Source: Anthoceros angustus
Taxonomy: Eukaryota; Plantae; Anthocerotophyta
DNA length: 64,000 nucleotides
Reading direction: 5' to 3'
Assembly: GCA_010909165.1 (NCBI GenBank)
Contig: MU008158.1
Span: 1,575,478-1,639,477 of the forward strand
The stretch's first letter is position 1. Every line of letters begins with the position of its first letter. Shown here in pieces: positions 12,501 through 26,114 of the stretch. The notes under the pieces were generated by a model, which did no database searches, was not told the DNA's origin, and saw nothing but the letters and a program-made list of their open reading frames with translations. The position numbers were made by a program, and so were the translations under genes.

Positions 12501-14960
12501 AGAAGCAACAGGGAAAGTTCGGTCGCTGTGATTTCGTGAAGTTGAATGAGGCAACTAAGAAAGACCATCACCTTTGCCGCTTATGGATAGTGTATTGGAC
12601 ACGGCCGGCAGCATGAGATGTACAGCTTAGATATTCGGATACAATCGATCACTCGAGAAAGGAAGATCGTGACAAAACAACGCTTAATCGATTGGGGACG
12701 TTTGCATATGCCAAATTACCCTTTGGTCTTTGCAATGCCCCGCCACCTTCGAGAGTAGTGAATACCATTTTCCGAGAGTACCGAGGAAATTCATGGAAGT
12801 ATTTCGGATGACTTTTGTGTGTTTGGGAAGAGAAGCCCGACTTGGGACATCTTCGCCAGGTTTACGGTATGTAGAGAAACCAATTTGAAGTTGCACCCGA
12901 GCAAATGTTATTTCGAATGACAAGGAATCACCGCACATCGTGTTTCAAGCGAGGTTTGAGGTGGATAGGAAAAGGTCGATATCAGATGGATGCTCAAACG
13001 GCAAGTTCGAGCCTTCATCGGCTTAGTGGGATACTACAGATTCATCATTGATTTTGCAAAGAAGGCAGACCTCTCACGCAACCATCAAGAAAGATGTTCC
13101 TTTGACCGGACGCCGAGCGGCTGTGAAGCTCCTAAGTTTGAAAAGAGCTTGGCGGCGCACCGATTGCAACCCCCAACCGGGAAGAACCTTTTCATGTCTT
13201 TGTGGATGTATCGCCTATGCCATAGGGGCCATCCCGAGTCAACGTGATGGAAAGAAGCATGATAGGCCGATCTTCTATGCAGACGCCAACTTCGGATGCG
13301 TAACGGAACTACTCCACGAAAGAGAAGCTCTTGGCATCATCTATTCCTGCAAGAAATTTCGACACTATCTGCTGGCTTGCAAAGTTGTGTTCCATGTGGA
13401 CCATTTCGCACTGAAGTACTTGGTAAACAAACCCGATCTATCTGGACGAATCGCGCGATGGATACTGTTACTGTCAGGAATTCGATTATGAGGTGGAAAC
13501 ACGGGCTGGGAAGCAACATGTGAACGCCGACTTCATTTCTCGACTACGAATGAAGGGAAGCGTCACCAGTCTGAACGATAAGTTCCCAGATGAGGAGTTA
13601 GTAGCCATGGCCGAAAGCATGACCGAAGGAGGGCAGGAGGCACTGCAGGAAGGACAGACTAAGGAAACGGCAGAGCTCGGGGGCTCCTCCGGATATCGCG
13701 AGTGATCGAGAACCGGAGGGGACGCCACAGACCAAGGACACGCAACCCGACGTAAACCCCGACCGTAAGAGAAGCAGAGGCGGCGTGTCCGCGACACTTC
13801 ATCAACGCCGAGGTCGAGGTATTTAGAGCATGGGGAGTTGCCGTGGATTTATCAAAGGAAGGAGTTGTCAGATTCATACATGTGGCACACCATATTGCAG
13901 AAGGAGTATTGTACAAATTAAATGATGAGGTGATTCAAGATGTTTGGAGGGGAATGAGAAAGCCATGGTGATAGAAGCCTGCACACGAGGAAGCAGGAGG
14001 ACACTATTCCGCCACAATCACAACAAAGAAGATTCTAACCAGTGGTTTTGGTGGGATACAATGTATCGAGATGTATGGTTATTCATCGAGTTGTGATGCT
14101 TGTCGAACGGGAGGCCACGCCGACTGGCCTCTAACGTACATCCTACCACCGCACCTTTGAAAAATGGGGAATTGATTTTGTGGGACCTATTCGACCACCA
14201 ACGGACCAGCGACAAGACATTGGCGATGACATCGCACAAAGATGGTCGAGGCGACGAGGAAGGATGATGCGCCCACCGGCCAAGTTTTTGTTTGAACGGA
14301 TTATCACAAGGTATGGATGCCCACCGGAACTTGTTAGCGATCGAGGGACGATTTCAACAAAGATAATCGAGTCTGGATCGCTATTTCAACATTCGACATG
14401 TGAAGACTACGCCTTACAACCAAAGCCAACGGACTCACGGAGAAGACAAATGGGTTACTATGCAACATTTTGACAAAAGTGACGGTCCCATATGTATGAT
14501 CGATACCAAGCTACATCCGTGCTATGGGCTTTCAGGATCATGGAGAAGGTGACCACAAGAAGACACTACTATCTCGACATACAGATGTAATGCCGTAATT
14601 TGAGGTACCAACGATAGAATTATGGAAGATGAGCGAATGACGGTGGAAGATAGTGAAGCAAAGGGAAGAATTTGAGGCATGAGGAAACGGGACGATGCCT
14701 TAGAGGAGACACATGAGTACAGGTGAACAGAGGAAGGAGAGGCACGATGGGAGGCTTCACTCAGACCCTATAGTAGCGGGAGACTTGGTGCTCCTTTACG
14801 ATAGTAGGTATTTAGATTTTCCCGGAAGCTACACCGAGATGGATGGGGCCTATGGGTTGTGTACTATGAAAATGGGTCGGCTTGAAAGTTTATCGGGGAA
14901 CTACTTCCTACCAGAGTGAATGGGTGGAAGATCAAGAAGTACTTTACACTCGAGGATGTT
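9600..14960 (+). pseudogene. gag-pol remnant (RT ~12400-12950, RNase H ~13050-13550, integrase ~13950-14600)
   Basis: SEWVAPIVIVPKK (RT), VRAFIGLVGYYRFI, EREALGIIYSCKKFRHYLL..DHFALKYL..GRIARWILLL (RNase H), WGIDFVGP and IITRYGCPPELVSDRG (integrase). Many frameshifts. Confidence 0.9.
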
Positions 14961-14973
14961 TGGGCGCAAACAA

Positions 14974-14988
14974 ATGGGGAGAGGAGCA
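14974..14988 (+). promoter_or_regulatory. Polypurine tract
   Basis: ATGGGGAGAGGAGCA immediately precedes the TG of the 3' LTR. Confidence 0.8.
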
Positions 14989-17900
14989 TGTGGAACGAAG
15001 AATTTTGGTCACCCAAGACGCGGGGGAGAGACCGACGCTGAGGATGAATAGTGGTTCGTGTAGGTAGTAGGTAGGTCGATAGACAGTAGGAAGATGGTAG
15101 GACGTCCGAGGGAGTTCGGACTTAATCGAATCGGCGTCTGTAGGAGGTTCGAGAAGTATGGGTAGATAGAAGCATATATAGGCATGATAGGTTCCAAAGT
15201 TCCTTGGACCATGGGGAGTAGGAATATTCGGGGATAGGAAGTTCCTTGGCCTTGAATTATTTAGGTTCCGCATGGCTATATATGCCAAAAGGGCTAAGTT
15301 GTAGATGGAAAATGGCTGGAGTTTTGAACCGGACACGGCGCCATCGGGAGGAGCGCCATTAAGGCGGTATGTACCGCAAACTCGTTAGCTGTGGTTTTGA
15401 ACCAGCGAACCGCAGTGGGCCGAGGGGAGTAAGTGAGTTGCGCTCAAGAAGGAAGGCAGTGAGCGCGCGGGCGCCAAGGCAGTCAAGGAGCGAACTGGCG
15501 CGAGAGGAGCGCGAGGCGCCATCGGCGAGCTAGCCGGGGCATGAGCGATTGGAAAGGAGTTCGAGGGGGGGATCCGCAGAGTGGGTGCTCGAGCGGAGGC
15601 GATGTGAGAGGCGCCGAGGTGAGCTTGAAGGCTACCACGCCAAAAGGCGCAAGGTGGAGAAGGCTGGAGGGGAGATTGAAGGGGCCAAGGCCACCTCTTA
15701 GTGGTTGCGTTGAGGCGACTGGAGGAGCGGGAAGCTCCCCTTGCTGCCTCACCCAAACCACCACCTCTTTGCTCTCCACTCTCTTAGCCTCGATAGATTA
15801 CTCCAATCTCTCCAATTTTGCTATCCTTGTGTGTGCTCCCCGTGCGATGGTAAAGATAGTGAGGACGGGGAACGGGGTACTCCCACGGGAGGAAACCTCC
15901 GCCACACCCACAAAGGGAAAAGGTAAGAAACACCCACCCCGAGTTCGAGTGTAGGCCGCCCAAATTTCACCTCGAGATTTGAGGCGCCACGCGCCCGAGA
16001 TGAAGATGGAATGGCTGTACTTGGTACTGGGTGGCACTTTCAGCCCCGCCTTGGTTCAGAGTGTGCGCGACGAATGAGAGTGACCAAGGCGACGGCCACC
16101 TGGAGGATGCGACAAAGCCATCCCGGGATGTGGAAGGTACGGCATTTCGTGATACGATTTGATACCGGAAGCCCACAAGGGAGGGATCATTCCGCGCCTA
16201 TTCTCCAAGAATCGAGATCCGAGGAGGTTATGAGCATGTTCCTACGACCAAAGGAGGAAGTATGGTCGCAAGGCAATGGCTGGAGGATCTCTTTGTTCAA
16301 GGAGCGGTGGAATTTATTCGCCAAGATATGGCTGACCATGCGGCGCGAGGAAGACGACTGGAAATTCCCATTTAATGATGATGTATGAGATGTCTGGAAG
16401 TTGGTGGATTGGGCCACCATTCTCAGATGAACAAAGGTTGCACAAACCATTTGGTGATGGAGGGAGCAAGAATCGCTTTGTCTCTACCTTCCTCGTACAC
16501 CTATATCGAGGGAGGAGGTTCTTACGAGTGGAAGAAGCCAAGATAGAAGCTACTCCGTGAGGGTAGCGGAAGGAGAGCCATCACGGCCCCAGGATGAAGA
16601 GACAGCAGGCCCCGGGCAAGAGACCGCCACGCCCATGAACCAACATGAGGCCTCGTGGATGAACCCAACAAGAGAAAGGGAAGAAGGCCATAGAAGCACC
16701 TCCTACGGAGGAAGGAGGAAAGGATACGAGACCACCTACCGAGGGTTGAGGATTGGAAGGCCGACAACACGGGTAGGAGTGAACCTCTACCAGAGGGACC
16801 TGTGGAGGAGGAGGACCCAGGGAGCTTTACCACCAAGAAGTAGTAACAAGACTTGAGGTGTGACGGAGAAGAACGCCGAGGAACGTTGGTGACCTACGCA
16901 CCAACGGAGGAGCAGAGGAAGTGTTTGAGAAGCCGGCATCCCACAGAGGGTAGTTGCCGAGTCAAGGAAGTGGGCGCAGGATCTATGGACGCCCTAGTGG
17001 ACCGTGTGAGGTGACCAAGTTCGTGGCGAACTCGAGACCTACGAAAGGAGCCGGAGGATGCCGAGAAGAAATTGAGAGGAGCTCAAAACCACCTCCGAGA
17101 AGCAACACTGCTAGATCCGCCAAAGAGCGACAGGATGACCACCAAGTTGGTGAATGTGGGAAATGATTGACCGTGTCTTAGGACAGAGGCAAAATCAGCC
17201 AAGAGGCCGAGGAGACCGCCAGGAAGGAGGCGTATGAAAGTTGGAAGCTACCTAGCAAGGGTAGGACACATCGAACGCAGCAAGGAGGAGGCAAGATTAC
17301 TAGCAAGGCCCGGACCTTGAAGACGAGAAGGACCTCCTACGAAGAAGAAGTTGCCATGGAGCAACGGAAGGAGCATTACAAGGAAAATACGACGCTTGGT
17401 GAAGGAACGACAAGGATGGGACAATGTGACTAAGGGTCACAAAGAGGAGCTCAGACAGAGAGAACTTTTGGAGCAAAGAACGAAGAAGGCCGACGACCTT
17501 ACCCACGCCTATGAAACGGAGGCAAGGAACGCCGGAAGGAGTTTTGATGGCCCAACGATCTTTGGAGGGTTCGGTCATTCGAGGAGGAGCGAGAGCGATC
17601 ACATAGTGAAACGATGGCGATGGAAGCCATGGAGAAAGATAAGGAGATTGGGAGGCTTGCCCGGAGTTGGAGAGAGCGGTAGTGGAGAAAGAGGCCGCAT
17701 TGGTAGGAGTGACAAATCGCCGGTGGGACGAAAAGGCCATCCCACTAAGGGTCCGCATCATGGACGACAAAAGAAGGAGAGTGGTAGGGTGGCGACCTAC
17801 AACAACCTCCGAAGCGATTGAGGAACGCCATGGAGGAAGACGAAGAAAGGACCTCACCGCTCGACGCCAAGTGGAATGGCAGCCCGGAGGTCAAACTTTG

Positions 17901-19278
17901 AGTTGGTACAAGGAAAGCAGCCGGGCTGGACATAGCCGAGCGAGCGAGTCAAGAAGCACCTCCTACGGAGGAAGGAGGAATGGAACCTCCCGAGACGGTG
18001 GAGCTACTGCCGGAGGAAGAGATGGATGGTAGGATGGTACTACCAAAGTTCCTACTGTAGGAACTGCTGAAGAGGAGGAGGTGACCAAGGAAGGGTACCT
18101 CCGGTCACGAAACCCAGCCGTGAGGGAAGGTACCCCATAGCAAGATCCAAACAGGTAGGAGACGAACCGCCTACCAAGAAGACGAGAATGAGGGGAGGAA
18201 CCCATCGAGGATGAACGAGTAGGAGGAATGGAACCTCCTACCACAAGGGAAGACCTACCAGAGGGGGCGACGAGGCGTGCTACTGTGCATAGTCCCGAGA
18301 AGACTCGGAGGTGGGCAAGGCTAAGCGACCCATCAAGGGGAAGACATTGAAGCGAGGTGAACAAAAGCGAACGAGGGATGTCGAGGACCTTTCAAGAGGA
18401 CGTTTTGTCCCAAGTGGTGCACACCTTGGGAAGTGTGAGTATTTAAGAGTGGCGGCAGATAGACAGACAGGACAAGGTGAGCTGGATCGAGAGAGGACGA
18501 ATCGTAATGACAAGAGTCCTATTGTTGGACTTGGCAAGTCGCCCTAGCATTAAACTAGCACGAGTGGCCGACTCACCTATAAAAGGGAGGGTGGAAGAAT
18601 GAATAAACACCGACCTTGCTTTGTCATGCATTCTTCGCCTCCGGCGCATCCCTTTGTGTGTGTGTAGACTGTCGCCAAGCGACGAGAAGGTGGGGTTGGT
18701 GAGGCCCTCGCGGTGGGGTTCGCCAACGCAGCTCCTCCTCTCGTGAAAGATTGTTGTTGGATGTGCTTTGTGTTTCAGGTGGCCCCTGCAGGTGATCGGC
18801 GCCGACTACGCCGCTGTGTGTCGCACGCAATCGGCCCGAGAGAAATACCCAGCTAGCCACCCTGTTGTGCCAGCGCAAGGGAGGCGCGCGCAACCGCGAA
18901 CGCTAGTAGAGTTAGATTTGGGGATCGAATGAAGTGAGTCTGTATGTGGTGGTCCGTGAGCTATGTTTCTTTTGAGAATGGTGAAGAGGTTGGCTATGGT
19001 GTGTCGTTGTAGAGTGAATTGACTGTAGTTGGCAGAGGAGAGTGTTGAGGTGGAGGGAATCTCGAAGGCGTGGAGCGCGCGGGCCGAGCAACCCAAAACG
19101 CATAACACCGCTTTGTTGCCCACACCGAGGACAAGTAGACCAAGTAATGACGAGAGAGTGAGAGGAACGACTCGCAAACAATCCAACCAAATCTCTTGGG
19201 ATCGAACCTCACGATTCAACGACTGTGGATAAGTGTGGCCACCGAGGCGAGCCCGGTGACCGAGGTAAACCTACCACA
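14989..19278 (+). repeat. 3' LTR (~4.3 kb)
   Basis: TGTGGAACG...CTACCACA, a copy of 4519-8814. TATAAAA at 18578-18584. Confidence 0.92.
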
Positions 19279-21950
19279 CCTTCTCTCAATCTCCCTCGCC
19301 TTCAACTTCCAGGGCTTGCAGTAGCGACCGCAACTTGCCAATTCTTCCATCGAGGTATGCAATGGACCAATCTAGAGAATGCCTTGTGCATCTAGGAGGG
19401 AGAAGGCAAAGAGCTATAGCACCAATCACCATACTTTGTTTATTACGCGTGACTCGGAAGGACGCGGCGGTGACTTGTCATGTCCGTCAACGGTATGAAC
19501 GGGCACTAAACCATACCCATCCATTCCGCCAAGGCATGTGACAGGTCATCGAGTTTTATTGGGTGACAAAGATGAGAAGTACACGTAGTGATCAAAGAAG
19601 ACTTTCCCATCCCAGCGCTTTAATTACGGTAATCATATACCCCACATTGTGAGGTATAAACCGTCCCTAGTCACACGACGACGTGATCCGAGACGGCAAG
19701 AGCCAAGGGGCGACTCCATACCAGGTCCTTGATGGCCGACAAGAGGAGAGCAACCTCCGTCCATCATCCTTGATGGCCATGCCATCGATGTGGAACCGCA
19801 GCCCTCGTCCTTGATGGGCATCGCCGCTTCAGACCAGCAACAACGATGTGCAAACACTTCGCAATGATCCACAAAGCAGTGGGTGAGGGAGCGGAATGTT
19901 GCGGGTTCAAATGCGGATTCCACAACAACTTCACACCGCAGTATGAACTTGCGTTGGAGAAAAGGGCCAAACAAAAGTGTTCACATGCGCGGCGCCTCAG
20001 AGCACCCAATCCATACCGTGCGGTCACCCAACACCATGCCCGCACTGTAGAAGGGACCACCTCGCTAGAGAAGGAACCACTCGCCACCGAACGGCAAGAC
20101 GCGAGGGGATAGTGAGGAGACCACGCCGTGAAGGCGGGGACACCCCCAACATTCCCATATGATCCTTGATGGCCATCGATTTCAGCTGGCAAGATGGAGA
20201 CATGCACACACGCCTCGTCGCGAGCTACCGGGATACCCACGGTGGTTTCGACTAAGCTCGCTATGCATACTTGCACATGTCCGTATAGACGGCACAAGGT
20301 AGAGCGACGAGGGAGGCGTGTCACCGGAAGACAAGCTCGCCCTCGGATGAAGATGACCAAAACAAAGGTAGTAGCGTGAAGCGAGGGCAAGGTGGTGACA
20401 TTTAAAGCGGAACACGACGACCTTAGGCAGCCTCTTGTCCTCCGTGCCACATCGGGTTGCGGATGAGAGGATCTTGAATTTCAGCCGTCACATGTGAGAA
20501 AAGGAGACATGGGTCGGTATGGCAAACATCAATGTTGACGGTTGGCGGTAAATTCATGGAGGGGTGGCGCGGGGCAAATGGAAGCGAACACGGTAGATGT
20601 CATGTCTCCCAAGGTCCGGATATCCTTTATGCGGCGACGCCAGAGTGACGCCGAGCTGCCACATGGCGCCCCGCCAGAAGGTGTGAATACATGACACGCT
20701 CGCCATGTGACGCGCTTTGATTGGTGGATCGCACGGAGTCTCGAACGATGCACATCATTATATGGGAACGAATTGGCATATATGGCAAATTCACGGCCGG
20801 TCCTTCATTCATGGCATAATGAATGGGGCATTTAGTTTGCTTGAATGGCTCTCACGTGCCACCTACCGTCCTTGCACAATGGTGTAGAAGAAGTGACATC
20901 GAATAGAGAACGGGCGTCGTCAATGCACACGACCTTCGACATGGCATGTTTTCTACCATGCCCGCTTTTCAAATATTAAATGGCTTCACCACACCTTTCT
21001 TGGACAACGGTGGAGAAGACAAGTTTATGCGAGAGATAGGAGCCATTGTCTTGGTTCATGGGTTACAAGGCCATGACATTGTCATGGCCTTCAACATAGG
21101 GGACCATACATGGCATGCATGGAGGAATGGCAAGCCATGCGTGTGGCATAGCACGCCAGTCTCCTCCTCTCCTCCTCTCCTCTCCTCCTCCCCACCGCAC
21201 CGCCCGCCCCACGCACACACCACTCCCACACACCATGGCCACCGCCATACCGTCACCACGGCTCGGAATGTGGTCGCGACATCGCCGCATCGCTGGCTGG
21301 ATCGGTAGGCAATGTGGTATGCGAGAACGGGCAAAGCATAAAAATAGCAAATTAACACATGCATGGTCCGTGGAGCATGGCATGTTCTAAGCTGGTCTTG
21401 CCTTGAAATGGCATGCTACATCTGGGCATTACCCAGACGAAATGGCATTGTGAACACTTGTCCACAAAGGGCAAATTCGCCCTTCCAAATGGTCATCCGT
21501 AATGGCCAAAATTGACATGAGGCAAAGACATGGTCATGACGAATGAGGAACATTTGTCCTTGGGTCATAAGTGATCATGCATGGGAATGTATTGTCCTTG
21601 GACCACGAACGGTAATGAACAATGGCAAATTAGTGTCCGTCGATCGAAAATGATCTTCCATAATGGAAACATTTGTCCTTGGCTCAAATGGTCATCCGAA
21701 TGGCCAAAATTGACATGAGGCAAAGACATGGTCATGACAAATGAGGAACATTTGTCCTTGGGTCACGAAATGACCATACATAACGGAATGTTTTGTCCTT
21801 GGACCACGAAATGCGCATGAGCAAAGGGAAATTATTTTCCTTCGATGCGATATGGTAATCCATAATGGGCTAAATTTGTCCTTGGATGACGAAAATCGTA
21901 TAAACACGGATGCCTATATATGCCAAACATGCATGGATGCCATATGTGCA
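19279..21950 (-). mobile_element. Probable continuation (upstream part) of the CACTA-like host element
   Basis: Contiguous with 1-4518 once the TSD-bounded gypsy element is removed. Similar composition, degenerate ORFs and a tandem-repeat block. No diagnostic motif recognised. Confidence 0.4.
21490..21900. repeat. ~200 bp tandem repeat, 2+ copies with internal ATTTGTCCTTGG subrepeats
   Basis: GGTCATCCG(T)AATGGCCAAAATTGACATGAGGCAAAGACATGGTCATGAC at ~21491 and ~21690. TTGTCCTTGG recurs about six times. Confidence 0.85.
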
Positions 21951-22199
21951 CGGTGGTGGTGGACAATCGAAGTTGCGCGGTGTTTTAGGCATGTGAATGC
22001 CACATGTACACATATAGGTGGTGGGCGCAAACTCCGAGTTTGTGCCTAAATCGGCATGCATGGCACATGAGCCACCGGCATGCCCTAGGACTTACCGCCT
22101 CTCTTCTCCTCTTGCCCTCTTCCCCATCACCACAGGGGTTACCTCACCGCCTTGTCCATCGCCACCGGAGTTCCTGCTCACTTTGCGGTTGTGCATGTG

Positions 22200-24700
22200 T
22201 GACTGCTGGCCTTCCCACCATGGTTTGGGACGTTGACTTTGAGGATTTGGTCAAGCCGCTAAGCTCGGAACAACGCCGCCAATCCGGCCGGATGTCCGCC
22301 ATAACGCCGCCGGAGGAGGAGCCCATCGACAGCGCTTGCGCCACTGCCGAGAGGGAGAGGCCGGAAGCCGGAAAATGGTCCACGAAGGGACTTGGCGCAG
22401 AGCGAGACGAAGCGCCCAACTACGGATGGAAGCACGCGCCGGATGGTGGAAGCGGCAAGTGAGGGCGCGGGCCGGAGAAAGCCGATTCCACAAGTGGAGA
22501 GGGTGGATGCCCATGGCGTGGAGCGGAAGCGCGGAGAGGTGGAGGTGCCGGAGGGAGAACCTTCACACAGAGTGGAGTCTGTCAAGAGGCGGGCGATGCT
22601 CGCGCGGCCGGAAGTGGAGTGGGTGTCTCAGTGGGGAGCTAACGCTCAAGCTTTCTGCAGGAGAGATTCCAAAGCTGCTGAGGAGGGATTCGCCAGGCCG
22701 ACATCCGAGGGAACGAGGACATTGGCCTTAGTCCGGAGCTTGAGGGCGTGGTCCAACTTGAGGAGCATGGTGGTGGTGCACAAGAGGGTGACCGTGGCTG
22801 CCGAGAGATGGCATACGTTTTGTGGACCTTCCGCGGTGGCGACGGACAACCCCAACAACGTGGCGGTGAGGGAGCCTTTGAGGGGAGGAGACTCTGCAGG
22901 TGGGAGTGGAGACCGGTCTGGTGGACGCGGGTTGCGGAGGAGGGCCAAGGAGCGCATGCCTATGATGGTGAGGAGGGCGGTGAGGAGGAGGACACCGGGC
23001 CGAGGATGGGGAGAGCGGAGCGAGGAGGAAGATGTGGAGATGGCGGATGCCGAGGTCGAGGAAGACATGCCGACTACATTGCCAGACATGAAATTGGAGA
23101 ATTGAGAGCACTGGCCGGTAAGCCATTAGACGATGTCATAGCCGTGTGTGCAGGCTACATGGGCGTGGTGGCGTACATGGCGTGAGCGATGCGATGGAGG
23201 GTGGATAGAGAATGAGGAGGAGGATGAAGAGTCGTCCGATGAGGAAGGACGAGTGAGGAAGGCCTTCCACCAGTGTTGGAGCTAGTGTGCAAAATGGAGT
23301 GATGGTGCCATGGTCGAGCCACGACGAAAGTTGAAAGACGGTGAGGAAGGTAGAGTATGAGTTTGCAAGTATAGAGCGCGAGGATATTGTGGCCAGTTTG
23401 CGTGCATCGCGGACAAGGAACCACAATGTGGGCAAGAAGGTGCAAGTGCAATTCGTGGAGGGAGAAGGAAGGATGCAAAATGGTTGCATCCGCCTAATGT
23501 GAGCACGAAGGCATGGAGAAAGGCGGAGCAAGCCGTGGTGACGCTGCACAAGCATGGGGGTGTGTGGCCAACACCACGAAGTCGCCGCAACGCCGGCAAG
23601 AATTGCGGCACGAGCATGGGACGAATCCCTTTGGTCCGAGGGAGCAAAGGAGTTCGAGAAACGGTATGTCCAACGGGAGGGAGCGCAACTCGGATGAGTT
23701 GAAGTGGGCAGCAAGGCATGGATTGGACAAAGATGCCGAGTAATCGAGTGGTAGCTGATTAATGGAATGCTTGGTTGTGATATGTAGGTTTCGCGTAGGA
23801 CGTGAGTCAAGTGATGCGTGTGCATGACCGCAGGGAAGAAGGAAGGGAACCGGTGGAAGGTGAAGGCCAGTCGTGAAGGAAGGCATGTAACCCAAGTGGA
23901 GAGAAGGAAGATGGAGGGAAGGTGCCAAACAGGGAGCGCCACCGTCAAGTGATGCCGGAGGCAACGTGGATGGTGGGGATCCCGGAGGTGTGATGGCGTG
24001 CACCGACAAGGCGATCACACGATCCGTGTCAAAAGCGTGAGTAGGGTGGCAACCCGATCGAGAGATTGAATGCTATTCGCTTGCCGTCAGTAATTGTGGA
24101 AGTGGTGATTTGGCAGCCTATGGGGCCGGAGTGAAGGGCTAGCCATTGAGGCTAGTGGGTCGAATGCCGCACGTAAGGTGGACCACACAGACGAAACGAG
24201 GAGGTGCCGAGCAAGAGGGTCAAGCAAAAGACAACGGTGTTGAAGCCGCAAGAGGAGTCCGAGTCTGACGGTGGCGAAGGGTGTAGGCGCAAGTGACATA
24301 GGAATGGTTGGTACATGGGTAGGGGGCCGTTTGTGGAGGGGAATGTAAATGGTCGAGATGTTTTCTGCGGACGATGGAGTCGCGGTCATGGGTGGACCGG
24401 TGATGGTCAATTAGCAACAAACAAGAGGGAATTGGTCGCCCACCTTTGTAGCCCGGCATTGACATAGCTGTCAGAATTGTGAAAGTGGTTATAGAGGTCT
24501 GGATAGGTGTAGGAAGATGTGGAGGAACCCGAAACCATTGGTGTTGGTCTCAAGAGTCACCAAGTGACGCCGCCGCCTCGAGGCACATGTTGGTGGTGCA
24601 GACGCATATGCCCATATCACGTGGAGTTCGCGCTGGAAACAAAGGTGCAAGGGATAGAGGACGATTGAAGTGTCCAAAAATTTGATTTAAATTGTCAATA
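22200..24700 (+). mobile_element. Degenerate retroelement-like coding region (possible gag/protease)
   Basis: Purine-rich, frameshifted E/R-rich ORFs (22392-23105) followed by a weak retropepsin-like segment near 24060-24170. Confidence 0.3.
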
Positions 24701-25109
24701 AAATCAAACACTTAGATATGTAAGGTATGAGAGTGACGTAAGGGTTAGCACATATATATTATTATATAAACAAGTCTTGATGCCTATATCGCACGTACAT
24801 ACGTATACAAAGAGGCTGTAAATACACTAATATAATAGAAGTATAATGATGGATGTGTACATATAAACGTACACATACTTATGTCTTGAAGCCTACAAAC
24901 ATATATATGTATATTGAGTATATGCAAAGGAGGTAAAAGGAAGGAAGACAGCCCGGCGAGAGAGAGGTCATTGTAACAAGCAAGTTGAAAGAGGAATAGT
25001 GGAAGAGTATAAAATGGCTGATAGGGGAGGTCCTTCTCACATGAAGGAGGAGGAGAAGTGAAAGAGTATAAAAAGGGTGTGATAAGGGGGCAATAAATAG
25101 GAGGGTGAG

Positions 25110-25440
25110 GGAGAGGAGAGAGACCAAGTATTGTGTTAAGATGGGGTGAGAAGTGGATAAGAAAAGGACACCTTGAACACCAAGCCACCATAAAGTGTTG
25201 CAATATTGAAGTGGTACATGAAGTGAGAGACCAAGCATTGTGTTAGGATGGTGGGAGAAGGAAGAGAAAGAATGGACCAACTTAACACCAAGCCATCAAA
25301 CCATGCCGGAAGTTGGAAGTGGAAATTATTAACAATGCTTGTGAGAGAGGGGTGTACCCGTAAGGGAGGGGGAAGAGATAGTTCGTGTTAAGATGGCGCA
25401 CCAAACGGGACAGAACTAACAAACTTAATACCAACCCTCC
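25110..25440. repeat. Degenerate direct repeats (GAGAGACCAAG..TTGTGTTA.GATGG)
   Basis: Related units at ~25119, ~25226 and ~25385 within a GA-rich, LTR-like tract. Confidence 0.55.
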
Positions 25441-25541
25441 AAAACATGTTGCAATGTGGAAGTGTAACAAAAAATTGCAACATCCACTGTAACATAGGGT
25501 GCCCTTTTCTAGTAGGGTTCCCTTGGGATCGAATCCTAGGA

Positions 25542-26114
25542 CTATAACGACATAGAGGGTAAATGTGGCCTCTTTGCATCTTCGGATGCAAAAACCCATT
25601 CCACATACCATCTACCCTTAGGGTTCGCAATTATAGAGGACAAACCGACTGCTACATCGCCTGCTCTAGTCCGCTTGACGCTGGTTGGGGCTCTCTTCAA
25701 ACATGCCTTCGAAAACCCCGGCTGGGTTAGGATCTCCAATACCTCATCCGCCTGTCCGTCTTGCAATTGGTCCGTAACTAATGCTTTGGCCGACATGGAC
25801 TCATGGATCATCCTCAACTCGAACATGGTCTTGGGTTTTAATATCATTGACCATGACATCATTCGAAACGCTTTCTCCTTGCACCAAGGTGGTGGGCTGG
25901 CCTTGTCGTTATTCCCGTCCGCACTTTGCATATGGTGGAGTTCAAATAGCTTGGTCTTTATGAGCTCTTGGGTTCTCACATAAAGCGTGCTCTCTCGTGT
26001 CAGGGCAAATCCATATGAAAGAATAAAGGTCTCTGCCATCACAAGGTGATCGAGATGCTTCGGACGCTTCCGCCTTTGACGTAGAGCATTCTTGTCCGCA
26101 CAGTTGGGTGGCAA
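25542..26114 (-). CDS. Unknown protein-like ORF fused to the truncated copia RT
   Basis: 190 open codons with globular-like composition. No family recognised. Confidence 0.3.
   Translation of the reverse strand: MPPNCADKNALRQRRKRPKHLDHLVMAETFILSYGFALTRESTLYVRTQELIKTKLFELHHMQSADGNNDKASPPPWCKEKAFRMMSWSMILKPKTMFELRMIHESMSAKALVTDQLQDGQADEVLEILTQPGFSKACLKRAPTSVKRTRAGDVAVGLSSIIANPKGRWYVEWVFASEDAKRPHLPSMSL

Larger units (their letters stand above)
4519..19278 (+). mobile_element. Full-length Ty3/gypsy LTR retrotransposon (~14.8 kb), non-chromovirus (Athila/Tat-like) candidate
   Basis: Two ~4.3 kb direct repeats with TGTGG...CCACA ends, a PBS after the 5' LTR and a PPT before the 3' LTR. CCTT flanks both ends (TSD). 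Internal domain order is RT-RNase H-integrase. Confidence 0.93.

Noticed and set aside
29-24700. Numerous 60-270 aa ORFs in the ORF track as independent genes
   Set aside because: They are antisense or off-frame readings of GC-rich, frameshifted transposon sequence.
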